Of a DNA stretch of 64,000 nt, positions 46,350 through 54,260 are shown in pieces (positions within the stretch are counted from its first letter, which is position 1; each line of letters starts with the position of its first letter). Made by a program: the position numbers and the translations under genes. Source of the DNA: an uncultured Actinomycetes bacterium. Lineage in GTDB: Bacteria > Actinomycetota > Coriobacteriia > Anaerosomatales > PHET01. The stretch is from assembly GCA_963770765.1 (NCBI GenBank), contig CAVYQS010000005.1, positions 205,242-269,241 on the forward strand, given 5' to 3'. Under the pieces are notes generated by a model. The model was given only the letters and a program-made list of their open reading frames with translations. It was not told where the DNA came from and ran no database searches.

Positions 46350-47318
46350 GTGCGCCGCGCCCCTCTGCGGTCGATCGCGAGGGTGGGTATGGCGCCGATG
46401 ACCAGCAAGCGACCCCGGGAGGTGTCCGTGTCCGAGCCTTCGGCTCTTCGTCCAGATGCGCAAGGCAAGGTCCGCGACCTCTACGATCTCGGCGACCGCC
46501 TGTTGCTGGTCGCATCGGACAGGATCAGCGCCTTCGATCTCGTGCTCCCGGATCCGATCCCGTTCAAAGGCGAGGTGCTCACCAAGCTCTCGATGTTCTG
46601 GTTCGAGCTTCTCGGTGACGTGTCCCCCAATCATCTCATCTCCGCCGATGTCGCTGATCTCCCGGCTGAGTTCGCGCCGCACGCCGAGTGGCTCCGCGGC
46701 CGTTTCATGCTCGTGAAGAAGGCCACCGTGTTCCCGGTCGAGTGCATCGTGCGCGGTTACCTCGCGGGGAGCGGCCTGAAGGAGTACCAGCGCTCGGGCA
46801 CGGTATGCGGGATCGAGCTGCCCGGTGGCCTGGTGGAGTCGAGCCGGCTCGAGGACCCCCTCTTCACTCCCAGCACGAAGGCCGAGATCGGCGACCACGA
46901 CGAGAACATCAGCTACGAGCGCATGGTCGAGATCGTGGGGGCCGATACCGCCGCACAGCTGCGTGACACGTCCATCGCCGTCTATGCGGCGGCCAGGGAA
47001 CACGCCGCCGGTCGCGGCATCATCATCGCCGACACCAAGTTCGAGTTCGGCCTGATCGGGGGGCGGATCACGCTCGTCGACGAGGTGCTCACGCCCGACT
47101 CCAGCCGCTTCTGGCCGGCCGCGACGTACGAGCCCGGCGCCTCGCAGCCCAGCTTCGACAAGCAGTTCGTCCGCGACTGGCTCGAGAACAGCGGCTGGGA
47201 CAAGGCCCCGCCCGCCCCGTCGCTGCCGCGCGATGTGATCGAGGCGACATCGGCCAAGTACATCCAGGCGTACGAGCTGATCACCGGCCGCACGTTCGAA
47301 CCGGAAGGGCGTGCCTAG
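46350..47318 (+). CDS. purC: Phosphoribosylaminoimidazole-succinocarboxamide (SAICAR) synthase
   Basis: GKVRDLYD..LLLVASDRISAFD..ADTKFEFG..DEVLTPDSSRFW. The start is uncertain (46350, 46389 or 46398). Confidence 0.9.
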   Translation: MRRAPLRSIARVGMAPMTSKRPREVSVSEPSALRPDAQGKVRDLYDLGDRLLLVASDRISAFDLVLPDPIPFKGEVLTKLSMFWFELLGDVSPNHLISADVADLPAEFAPHAEWLRGRFMLVKKATVFPVECIVRGYLAGSGLKEYQRSGTVCGIELPGGLVESSRLEDPLFTPSTKAEIGDHDENISYERMVEIVGADTAAQLRDTSIAVYAAAREHAAGRGIIIADTKFEFGLIGGRITLVDEVLTPDSSRFWPAATYEPGASQPSFDKQFVRDWLENSGWDKAPPAPSLPRDVIEATSAKYIQAYELITGRTFEPEGRA

Positions 47319-47840
47319 TTGGCTCGACGCAGTGCCACCAACGAACGGTACGGACGGCACACCGCGCCTTCCGGCAAGACACGCAAGTCGGCCGCGGCCG
47401 CCAAGCCCAAGCGCGCCAACGCAGGAGCCGGTTCTTCCTCGAAGTCGAGCACGTCGTCCAAGACAGCCGCCAAGAAGCGCGAGCCGCTCGTCTACCATCC
47501 CGATACGCCCGAATACAAGAAGTGGCGGCGCATCTGGTGGGGATGCCTGGGTGCCGCGATCGTCCTGACCACCGTGTCGTGGTTCATCATGCGAGGCGGT
47601 CCGCAGTACCAGACGATCGGGAGCGTCTTGCTCGGGCTGGGCTACGCATCGATCGCCGCCGCCCTCTACCTGGACTGGACCAAACTGCGCAAACTGAGGA
47701 CCCAGTGGATCGCGTCGGGACAAGCAGCTGAAGCAGGCAAGGCCGCCGAGAAGGCGCGCGAGGAGAAGGCCGCCCGGAAAGCGGCGGGGTCCGCTGCGGA
47801 TGCCGATTCCGGCGAGTCGCCGCCCGCCGACAAGTCCTGA
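47319..47840 (+). CDS. Hypothetical Lys/Ala-rich two-TM membrane protein
   Basis: TTG start directly after the purC stop. TM pair flanked by charged tails. Confidence 0.5.
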   Translation: MARRSATNERYGRHTAPSGKTRKSAAAAKPKRANAGAGSSSKSSTSSKTAAKKREPLVYHPDTPEYKKWRRIWWGCLGAAIVLTTVSWFIMRGGPQYQTIGSVLLGLGYASIAAALYLDWTKLRKLRTQWIASGQAAEAGKAAEKAREEKAARKAAGSAADADSGESPPADKS

Positions 47841-47866
47841 CCGCGCACGAGAAGGGGAAGCGACCC

Positions 47867-48100
47867 ATGGCGCGCTACGAGATCTTCGTCACCTACAAGA
47901 CCGGCATCTTCGACCCTCCGGGCGCGACCGCGGAGCGTGCGCTCGCGAACCTCGGCTACGACGGTGTCGAGAGCGTTCAGATCGGCAAGTTCATCCGGCT
48001 GGCGGGCGACGTCGACCTCGCGACCGTCACCGAGATGTGCGAGAAGCTGCTCGCCAACCCCGTGATCGAGGACTTCCGCATCGAGACGGTGGAGGAGTAG
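47867..48100 (+). CDS. purS: FGAM synthase subunit PurS
   Basis: 77 aa: MARYEIFVTYKTGIFDPPGATAERAL. Confidence 0.9.
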   Translation: MARYEIFVTYKTGIFDPPGATAERALANLGYDGVESVQIGKFIRLAGDVDLATVTEMCEKLLANPVIEDFRIETVEE

Positions 48101-48104
48101 CCAC

Positions 48105-48800
48105 ATGCGCTTTGGCGTCGTCATCTTCCCCGGCTCCAACTGCGAGCAAGACATCATCGGCGCATGCCGCTACCTGGGCCTCGAGTCCGAATTCATCTGG
48201 CATGGCGATACCGATCTGTCCCGCTACGACGCGGTGGTGCTGCCGGGCGGATTCAGCTACGGCGACTACATCCGCACCGGAGCGGTCGCGCGCTTCAGCC
48301 CGGTCATGAGCGAGGTCGTGCGTTTCGCCGAGAAGGGCGGACCCGTCCTCGGAGTCTGCAACGGTTTCCAGATCCTGACCGAGGCACACCTGCTGCCCGG
48401 CGCGCTGCTGCGCAACCGCGGCCTCAAGTTCATCTGCAAGACCGTCAACCTGCGTGTCGATGGCGCGTGTGACTGGCTCGACCTGCCGAGCGGGACCGTC
48501 CTCGAGGTGCCGATCAACCACAACGAGGGCAACTTCACCTGCGATGCCGAGACACTCGAGCGGCTCAACGCCGGCGGCCAGGTCGTGGTGCGCTACTGCG
48601 AGCCGGACGGTTCGAACGCGCCCGGTGGCTCCGCTCCCAACGGGGCACTCGACGACATCGCCGGCATCTGCAACGAGCGCGGCAACGTCTTCGGGCTCAT
48701 GCCCCACCCCGAGCGCGTCGTCGATCCGGTGGGCGGCGGGACCGACGGCCAGCCGTTCTTCACCACAATCGTGCGCAGGCTCGCCGAAGTGGCCGGCTAG
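48105..48800 (+). CDS. purQ: FGAM synthase glutaminase subunit PurQ
   Basis: GVCNGFQIL nucleophile elbow and MPHPER. Confidence 0.9.
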   Translation: MRFGVVIFPGSNCEQDIIGACRYLGLESEFIWHGDTDLSRYDAVVLPGGFSYGDYIRTGAVARFSPVMSEVVRFAEKGGPVLGVCNGFQILTEAHLLPGALLRNRGLKFICKTVNLRVDGACDWLDLPSGTVLEVPINHNEGNFTCDAETLERLNAGGQVVVRYCEPDGSNAPGGSAPNGALDDIAGICNERGNVFGLMPHPERVVDPVGGGTDGQPFFTTIVRRLAEVAG

Positions 48801-49123
48801 TGAACGAGAACATCCTGCTCAACGGCCCGGTGTGGCTGTTCGCGCAGTTCGTGATCCTCGGTGCGATCGTCCTGAGCGTCTACGTGTTGGCGGATTCGCT
48901 GCGGCCCGCTCGGCGCGCCAAGGTCGCGGGCCGGCTCCGCGAGCCGCTGTGGGTGTACTCGGCGCTCACCGGCACCTACCTCGGCCTGCTCGTTGTGGTG
49001 CAGATCATCCCCGGGCTGCAACTCGCGTCGGCGGTCGTGTCGATGGCGACCCCGTTCGCGCTGGTGTTGGGCGTGACCTACCTGCTGCGGGCGGTGTTCC
49101 CTCGGGTCGAGAAGACCGATTGA
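48800..49123 (+). CDS. Hypothetical membrane protein
   Basis: 107 aa with 3 TM segments. The GTG start overlaps the purQ stop. Confidence 0.5.
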   Translation: MNENILLNGPVWLFAQFVILGAIVLSVYVLADSLRPARRAKVAGRLREPLWVYSALTGTYLGLLVVVQIIPGLQLASAVVSMATPFALVLGVTYLLRAVFPRVEKTD

Positions 49124-49140
49124 CGCACCATGGCGTGGGG

Positions 49141-49171
49141 TTCATACTGATAGTATGATTGACAGTATGAA
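49141..49171. promoter_or_regulatory. Nested palindromic operator candidate for RHH/PIN module 2
   Basis: TTCATACTG (49141-49149) / CAGTATGAA (49163-49171), a perfect 9-bp inverted repeat. Inner repeat CATACT-GAT-AGTATG. Confidence 0.45.
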
Positions 49172-49182
49172 TGGAGTGCATC

Positions 49183-49521
49183 ATGACCGCTCGGGTGACC
49201 ATCTCACTGCCTGACGACCTCCTGGCCAAACTGGATGCAGACGCCGAAGCCCTCGGAGTGGCGCGAAGCGAGCTCGTGCAAGAATCCATCGCGTCGTACC
49301 TGGGCAAGAGCGCCGATGAGCGCGCGCAAGAGGCCCGCAGACAGCGCATGCTTGAGGCGCTCGAGGGCATGCGGACGTTCCATGAGCGCTACCCTGTGCG
49401 CGACGACAGGCCATCACTCGAGATCCTACGTGAGGTGCGCGAGACCGACGACTCCGCCCCCATGCGCGACATCCGGAAAGGTCCAGACGGCGCGCCGCGT
49501 CGTGGGGGGAATCTCGGATGA
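49183..49521 (+). CDS. vapB: CopG/RHH antitoxin (VapB-like)
   Basis: MTARVTISLPDDLLAKLDADAEALGVARSELVQESIASYL. ATGA overlap with the PIN gene. Confidence 0.75.
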   Translation: MTARVTISLPDDLLAKLDADAEALGVARSELVQESIASYLGKSADERAQEARRQRMLEALEGMRTFHERYPVRDDRPSLEILREVRETDDSAPMRDIRKGPDGAPRRGGNLG

Positions 49522-49923
49522 GCCATGGGGAGGCGGTCGTCTTGGATGCCTCAGTGGGTGTGAAGTGGTTCAAACGTGAGGCTGGGCATGAAGCCGCCCG
49601 CGGTCTCTATCTTCGCGCGGCATCAGGCGAGATCGACTTGACTGCTCCGACTCACTTCGCGCATGAGGTGCTCTCAGTCGTTCAGCGCGAGATGACCGCG
49701 CGTGCCGTTCCCGAAGCGTGGAGCCGTCTCAATCAATCGGGCATCACGCTCGTGCCGCTGAGCAACGAGGTCGTCACCGAGGCGGCCGCTCAGGCCGATG
49801 CGCTTCGCTGCTCGTTCTACGATGCACTCGCTCCCGCGTGTGCTGCGCTGCTGGGCGCGACTCTGTACAGCGCGGACGCGCGCGCCCACGGCGACTATCC
49901 CGGACGTCGTCATCATCGGCTGA
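49518..49923 (+). pseudogene. vapC: PIN-domain toxin (VapC-like). A 1-nt insertion near 49898-49903 removes its stop and fuses it in silico to the ATPase ORF.
   Basis: AVVLDASVGVKWF..FYDALAPACAALLGATLYSADARAHGDYP. Dropping one G from CCCGGAC gives ..PDVVIIG* ending at 49923, parallel to the module 1 tail ..VEGVRLV*. Confidence 0.65.
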
Positions 49924-50003
49924 TTCGGGGGAATACCTGTTGGGGGGCGCCCGCACATCCGCGGATGGCGCTGCCAGGCACCGGATTCGGGGCGCGGCCA
50001 CTC

Positions 50004-52865
50004 ATGGCGGACCGCAGTGAGTCACCCAGCATCGAGCAGTACTCGGCACTCTCCACGGCCGAGGTGCTGTCGGCTCTGGGCGCCTCGGCGAGCGGCCTGA
50101 CGAGCGCCGCAGCGGCAGAGCGGCTTGGGGAGCACGGTCCCAACGAGATCCGCGAGGTGGTGGGACGCCCGCTGATCCTGAAGTTCCTGGGCAACTTCTA
50201 CCACCTGTTCGCGATCATGCTGTGGGTGGCGGGGGCGCTCGCCTTTGTCGGCGGTCTGCCGGAGCTCGGGTGGGCGATCTTCGCCGTCATCGTGATCAAC
50301 GCGGTCTTCTCGTTCTGGCAGGAGTACCGCGCCGAGAAGGCCACGGAGGCGCTCAAGCGGCTGATCCCCCGGCAAAGCAAGGTGATCCGCGACGGGGCGA
50401 CCGTGCTGGTCGACGCTTCCACCCTGGTACCCGGCGACCTCATGGTGCTCGCTGAAGGCGACGCGATCTCGGCCGATGCGCGTCTCGTCGAGGAGTTCGA
50501 GCTGCGTACCGACAACTCCACCCTCACCGGCGAGTCTGCGCCTGTGCGAAAGACCGCCGGTCCCAACGCCGACTCGTCACTCACCGCCGTCGAGATGCCC
50601 AACATCGTGTTCGCGGGTACGTCGGTGGCGTACGGGAGCGGCAAGGCGGCGGTCATCGCCACCGGCATGAACACGCAGTTCGGCAAGATCGCTGAGTTGA
50701 CGCAGGGAGTCGCCGACGAGCTGAGCCCGCTACAGAAGGAGATGACCAAGGTCACCGAGCTCGTGGCCATCCTCGCGACCGCGCTCGGCGTGGTCTTCTT
50801 CCTGCTTGGCTACTACGTCGCCGGGCTCACGCTCGTGGAGGGTTTCATCTTCGCCGTGGGTATCATCGTCGCCAACGTCCCCGAGGGGCTGCTGCCCACG
50901 GTCAGCCTGTCGCTCGCGATGGCGGTCCAGCGGATGGCCGGCCGCAACGCCTTGATCAAGAAGCTGTCTTCGGTCGAGACGCTGGGATGCACGACGGTCA
51001 TCTGCACCGACAAGACCGGCACGCTCACGAGGAACGAGATGACCGTGCGCGAACTGTTCGCCGGGGGACGTTCCGTCGAGGTGACCGGGGCGGGCTACGC
51101 GCCGGCGGGGGAGCTCCTCGGCGAAGGCCGGGTACCGCTCGGTGCAGCGTCGGAGGAGCTCGGCCCCCTGCTGCGAGCAGCGTCGCTGTGCAACAACTCC
51201 CGACTCATCCCGCCGAGTGAGGAGACGCCGTCGTGGACCGTCCTGGGTGATCCCACCGAGGCGGCGCTGCTCGTCGCCGCACGCAAGGCCGGCTTCGACT
51301 ACGAACGCGAACTCCAGCACCGCCGCAGGGTCATGGAGCTGCCGTTCGACTCGGTCCGCAAACGCATGGCCACCGTGCATGTCGAGGGGTCGACCCGCAC
51401 CGCGTACGTCAAGGGCGCTCCCACCGAGGTCCTCGCGCTCAGCACGGCGTTCGACACCGGCGCGCAGGTGGTGCCGATGACCGATGAGCTCCGTCGCCGG
51501 ATCCTCGAGCGCAACGACGCGTTCGCCCGCGACGGCCTGCGGGTGTTGGCGATGGCGTATCGGCAACTCGACCCGGCCGAGGACGAGATCACCGCCGAGA
51601 CGGTCGAGCGCGACCTCGTGTTCGCCGGCCTGATGGCCATGATGGATCCGCCGCGCGAGGAGGTCGCGAGAGCGGTGGAGCAGTGTGCGACCGCCGGTAT
51701 CCGCGTCATCATGATCACCGGAGACTACGGGCTGACCGCCGAGTCGATCGCGCGCCGTATCGGGATCGTGAAGGGCGACTCGGCACGCATCGTCTCGGGC
51801 CCCGAGCTCGCCGAGATGACCGATGGCGAGCTCTCCGACGCGTTGGCGGGTCCGGAGGTCCTGTTCGCGCGGGTTTCGCCCGAGCACAAGATGCGGATCG
51901 CTCAGGCGCTCAAGGCGCAGGACCACATCGTTGCGATGACCGGCGACGGCGTGAACGACGCGCCGGCGCTCAAGGCGGCCGACATCGGCGTCGCGATGGG
52001 CATCACCGGCACCGACGTGGCCAAGGAAGCCGCCGACATGATCCTGACCGACGACAACTTCGCGAGCATCGTCAGCGCGATCGAGGAGGGTCGCGCGGTC
52101 TACGACAACATCCGTCGGTTCGTGACGTACATCTTCACGAGCAACATTCCCGAGGTCGTCCCGTTCCTGCTGCTGGTGATCTTCCGTATCCCGCTCGCGC
52201 TCACGGTGATGCAGATACTCTTGATCGACCTGGGCACCGACATGCTGCCGGCGCTCGCCTTGGGCACCGAGAAGCCCGAGCCGGGCATCATGAGTCGGTC
52301 GCCGCGGCCGCGCTCGGAACGCCTGCTCAACCGCACGGTGCTGACGCGCGCCTACCTGTTCCTGGGGCCGCTTCAAGCTGCGGCGTGCATGTCCGCGTAC
52401 TTCTTCCTGTACTACACACGCGGGTGGCGGCCGGGGATGGCGCTCGCTGCCTCCGGCACCATCTATCTGCTCGCGACGACGATGACGAACGCCGCCGTGG
52501 TGACCACGCAGATCGGCAACGGACTCGCGCAGCGCACCACGCGGCAGTCGATCCTCCGTGTCGGCTTGTTCAGCAACCGCTTCCTGATGTGGGGCATCGC
52601 CGCCGAGATGGCGCTGATCACGTTCCTGATCTACGTGCGACCGTTCGACAACGTGTTCCACCACGCACCCCTCAACGCGACCGACTGGCTCTACGTGCTG
52701 GCGCTGGCGCCCACGCTGCTGGTCGCCGATGAGATCCGCAAGTACTTCGTGCGGCGCAGGCATCCGCTCGGCGATGCGGTGCGGGGCGCGGCAGCAGGCT
52801 CGGCGACGGACATCCTCGGTGGGGCGGGCTCCGCCCCGGCCGCGACAGAGAGGACGGGACGATGA
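50004..52865 (+). CDS. P-type (E1-E2, P2-like) cation-transporting ATPase
   Basis: DKTGTLT, TGES, MITGD, VAMTGDGVNDAPALKAADIGVAMG, VPEGLLPT. Start taken at MADRSESPS. Confidence 0.9.
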   Translation: MADRSESPSIEQYSALSTAEVLSALGASASGLTSAAAAERLGEHGPNEIREVVGRPLILKFLGNFYHLFAIMLWVAGALAFVGGLPELGWAIFAVIVINAVFSFWQEYRAEKATEALKRLIPRQSKVIRDGATVLVDASTLVPGDLMVLAEGDAISADARLVEEFELRTDNSTLTGESAPVRKTAGPNADSSLTAVEMPNIVFAGTSVAYGSGKAAVIATGMNTQFGKIAELTQGVADELSPLQKEMTKVTELVAILATALGVVFFLLGYYVAGLTLVEGFIFAVGIIVANVPEGLLPTVSLSLAMAVQRMAGRNALIKKLSSVETLGCTTVICTDKTGTLTRNEMTVRELFAGGRSVEVTGAGYAPAGELLGEGRVPLGAASEELGPLLRAASLCNNSRLIPPSEETPSWTVLGDPTEAALLVAARKAGFDYERELQHRRRVMELPFDSVRKRMATVHVEGSTRTAYVKGAPTEVLALSTAFDTGAQVVPMTDELRRRILERNDAFARDGLRVLAMAYRQLDPAEDEITAETVERDLVFAGLMAMMDPPREEVARAVEQCATAGIRVIMITGDYGLTAESIARRIGIVKGDSARIVSGPELAEMTDGELSDALAGPEVLFARVSPEHKMRIAQALKAQDHIVAMTGDGVNDAPALKAADIGVAMGITGTDVAKEAADMILTDDNFASIVSAIEEGRAVYDNIRRFVTYIFTSNIPEVVPFLLLVIFRIPLALTVMQILLIDLGTDMLPALALGTEKPEPGIMSRSPRPRSERLLNRTVLTRAYLFLGPLQAAACMSAYFFLYYTRGWRPGMALAASGTIYLLATTMTNAAVVTTQIGNGLAQRTTRQSILRVGLFSNRFLMWGIAAEMALITFLIYVRPFDNVFHHAPLNATDWLYVLALAPTLLVADEIRKYFVRRRHPLGDAVRGAAAGSATDILGGAGSAPAATERTGR

Positions 52866-53509
52866 AGGTCATCATCGGTGGGTGCGGGCGTGTGGGCGCC
52901 CATCTCGCTCGGCGGTTCGTGCTCGAGCGGCATGAGGTCGTGGTCATCGACAAGGAGCCCACGGCGTTCGCCCGTCTGGGAGCGACGTTCACGGGAGAGA
53001 CGATCCGTGGCCTCGTGTTCGACAAGACGATCCTCGAGAAGTCCGGCGCGGACAAAGCGGACGCCTTCATCGCGGTCACCAGCGGCGACAACTCGAACGT
53101 GGTGGCCGCGACGGTGGCGCGGGACATCTACCGGATCCCCAAGGTCGTGGCTCGCATCTTCGACCCCCGCCGAGCGGAGATCTACCGCAGGCTGGGTATC
53201 CAGACGGTCTCGTCGGTGGCCTGGGCGACCAATGAGATCACCGCCCTGGTGCTCTTTCCGCACGTGGTGCGTGACCTTGCGCTCGGCGACGGTGAGGTCC
53301 AGCTGGTGAAGGTCGCCGTGCCCCATCGGATCGTAGGGCGGCCGATCGCTGAGCTCGCGATGCCGGGCGAGGTGATGCCGTTCGCGATCGTGCGCGCAGG
53401 CAAGTCGTTCATTCCGGCGACTCACGAACCGCTGCAACAGGGCGACATCGTCGAGGTGGCCGTGCTGGCCACGGCGATGGACAAGTTCCAGCGGCTCACC
53501 ACCCCATAG
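52862..53509 (+). CDS. TrkA-like RCK protein (TrkA-N plus TrkA-C)
   Basis: MKVIIGGCGRVGAHLA Rossmann motif. ATGA overlap with the ATPase stop. Confidence 0.85.
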   Translation: MKVIIGGCGRVGAHLARRFVLERHEVVVIDKEPTAFARLGATFTGETIRGLVFDKTILEKSGADKADAFIAVTSGDNSNVVAATVARDIYRIPKVVARIFDPRRAEIYRRLGIQTVSSVAWATNEITALVLFPHVVRDLALGDGEVQLVKVAVPHRIVGRPIAELAMPGEVMPFAIVRAGKSFIPATHEPLQQGDIVEVAVLATAMDKFQRLTTP

Positions 53510-53518
53510 GAGGCAGCC

Positions 53519-54184
53519 ATGCATGTCGCAATAGTCGGTGGCGGGAACGTAGGCGCTTACCTGGCACAGGAGGTCGTGGCGGACGGACACAGCTGCACGG
53601 TCGTCGAGATGGACCCGGCCCGCTGCGAGCGCCTCGCTGAGAGACTCCGGGGGGTTCGGATCGTGTGCGGCGACGGTTGCGAGCCGAGCGTGCTCGACGA
53701 AGCCGCCGTGCGAACCGCAGAGGCGCTGGTGGCGGCGACCGGCGACGACGAGGACAACCTGGTGGTGTGTCTTCTCGGCAAGATGGAGTACGAGGCGCCG
53801 TTCACCGTGGGGCGGATCAACAACCCGGAGAACACGTGGCTGTTCACGAGCCGCTTCGGGGTCGACGTGCCCGTTTCGAGCACAGCTGTCATGGCCGAGG
53901 TCCTCAAGAAGGTCAGCCTGGGCGATATCGTCACCCTGCTGCGCCTGCGGGCCGAGAACACCGCGATCGACGAACTCGTGCTGCCGCACGACGCCCACTC
54001 GGTGGGCAAGCGGCTCTCCGAACTCGAGTTGCCGGACTGCGGCCGGGTCATGGCGATCGTCAGTGAGGGGCGCGTCGTCATCCCCGGTGGGGACACGGTG
54101 CTCAAGGCGGGCGATGAGATCCTCATCCTCGCGCAGTGCGAAGATGAGTCGCTGCTCAGGCGGGCGTTCGGGATAGACGAGTGA
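53519..54184 (+). CDS. TrkA-like RCK protein (second copy)
   Basis: MHVAIVGGGNVGAYLA Rossmann motif and a TrkA-C-like C-terminus. Confidence 0.85.
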   Translation: MHVAIVGGGNVGAYLAQEVVADGHSCTVVEMDPARCERLAERLRGVRIVCGDGCEPSVLDEAAVRTAEALVAATGDDEDNLVVCLLGKMEYEAPFTVGRINNPENTWLFTSRFGVDVPVSSTAVMAEVLKKVSLGDIVTLLRLRAENTAIDELVLPHDAHSVGKRLSELELPDCGRVMAIVSEGRVVIPGGDTVLKAGDEILILAQCEDESLLRRAFGIDE

Positions 54185-54260
54185 GCCTCGTCGGCCACGG
54201 CCCGTCCTGCTCGGCTACAATGACCCCGACGCCGTCGCACCCATCATCAGGAGCCGCCTC

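Noticed and set aside
49518-52865. 1115-aa ORF suggesting a PIN-domain/P-type ATPase fusion protein
   Set aside because: The linker (..GRRHHRLIRGNTCWGAPAHPRMALPG..) looks non-native. One extra G at ~49900 removes the PIN stop at 49921-49923, and the ATPase has its own start at 50004.
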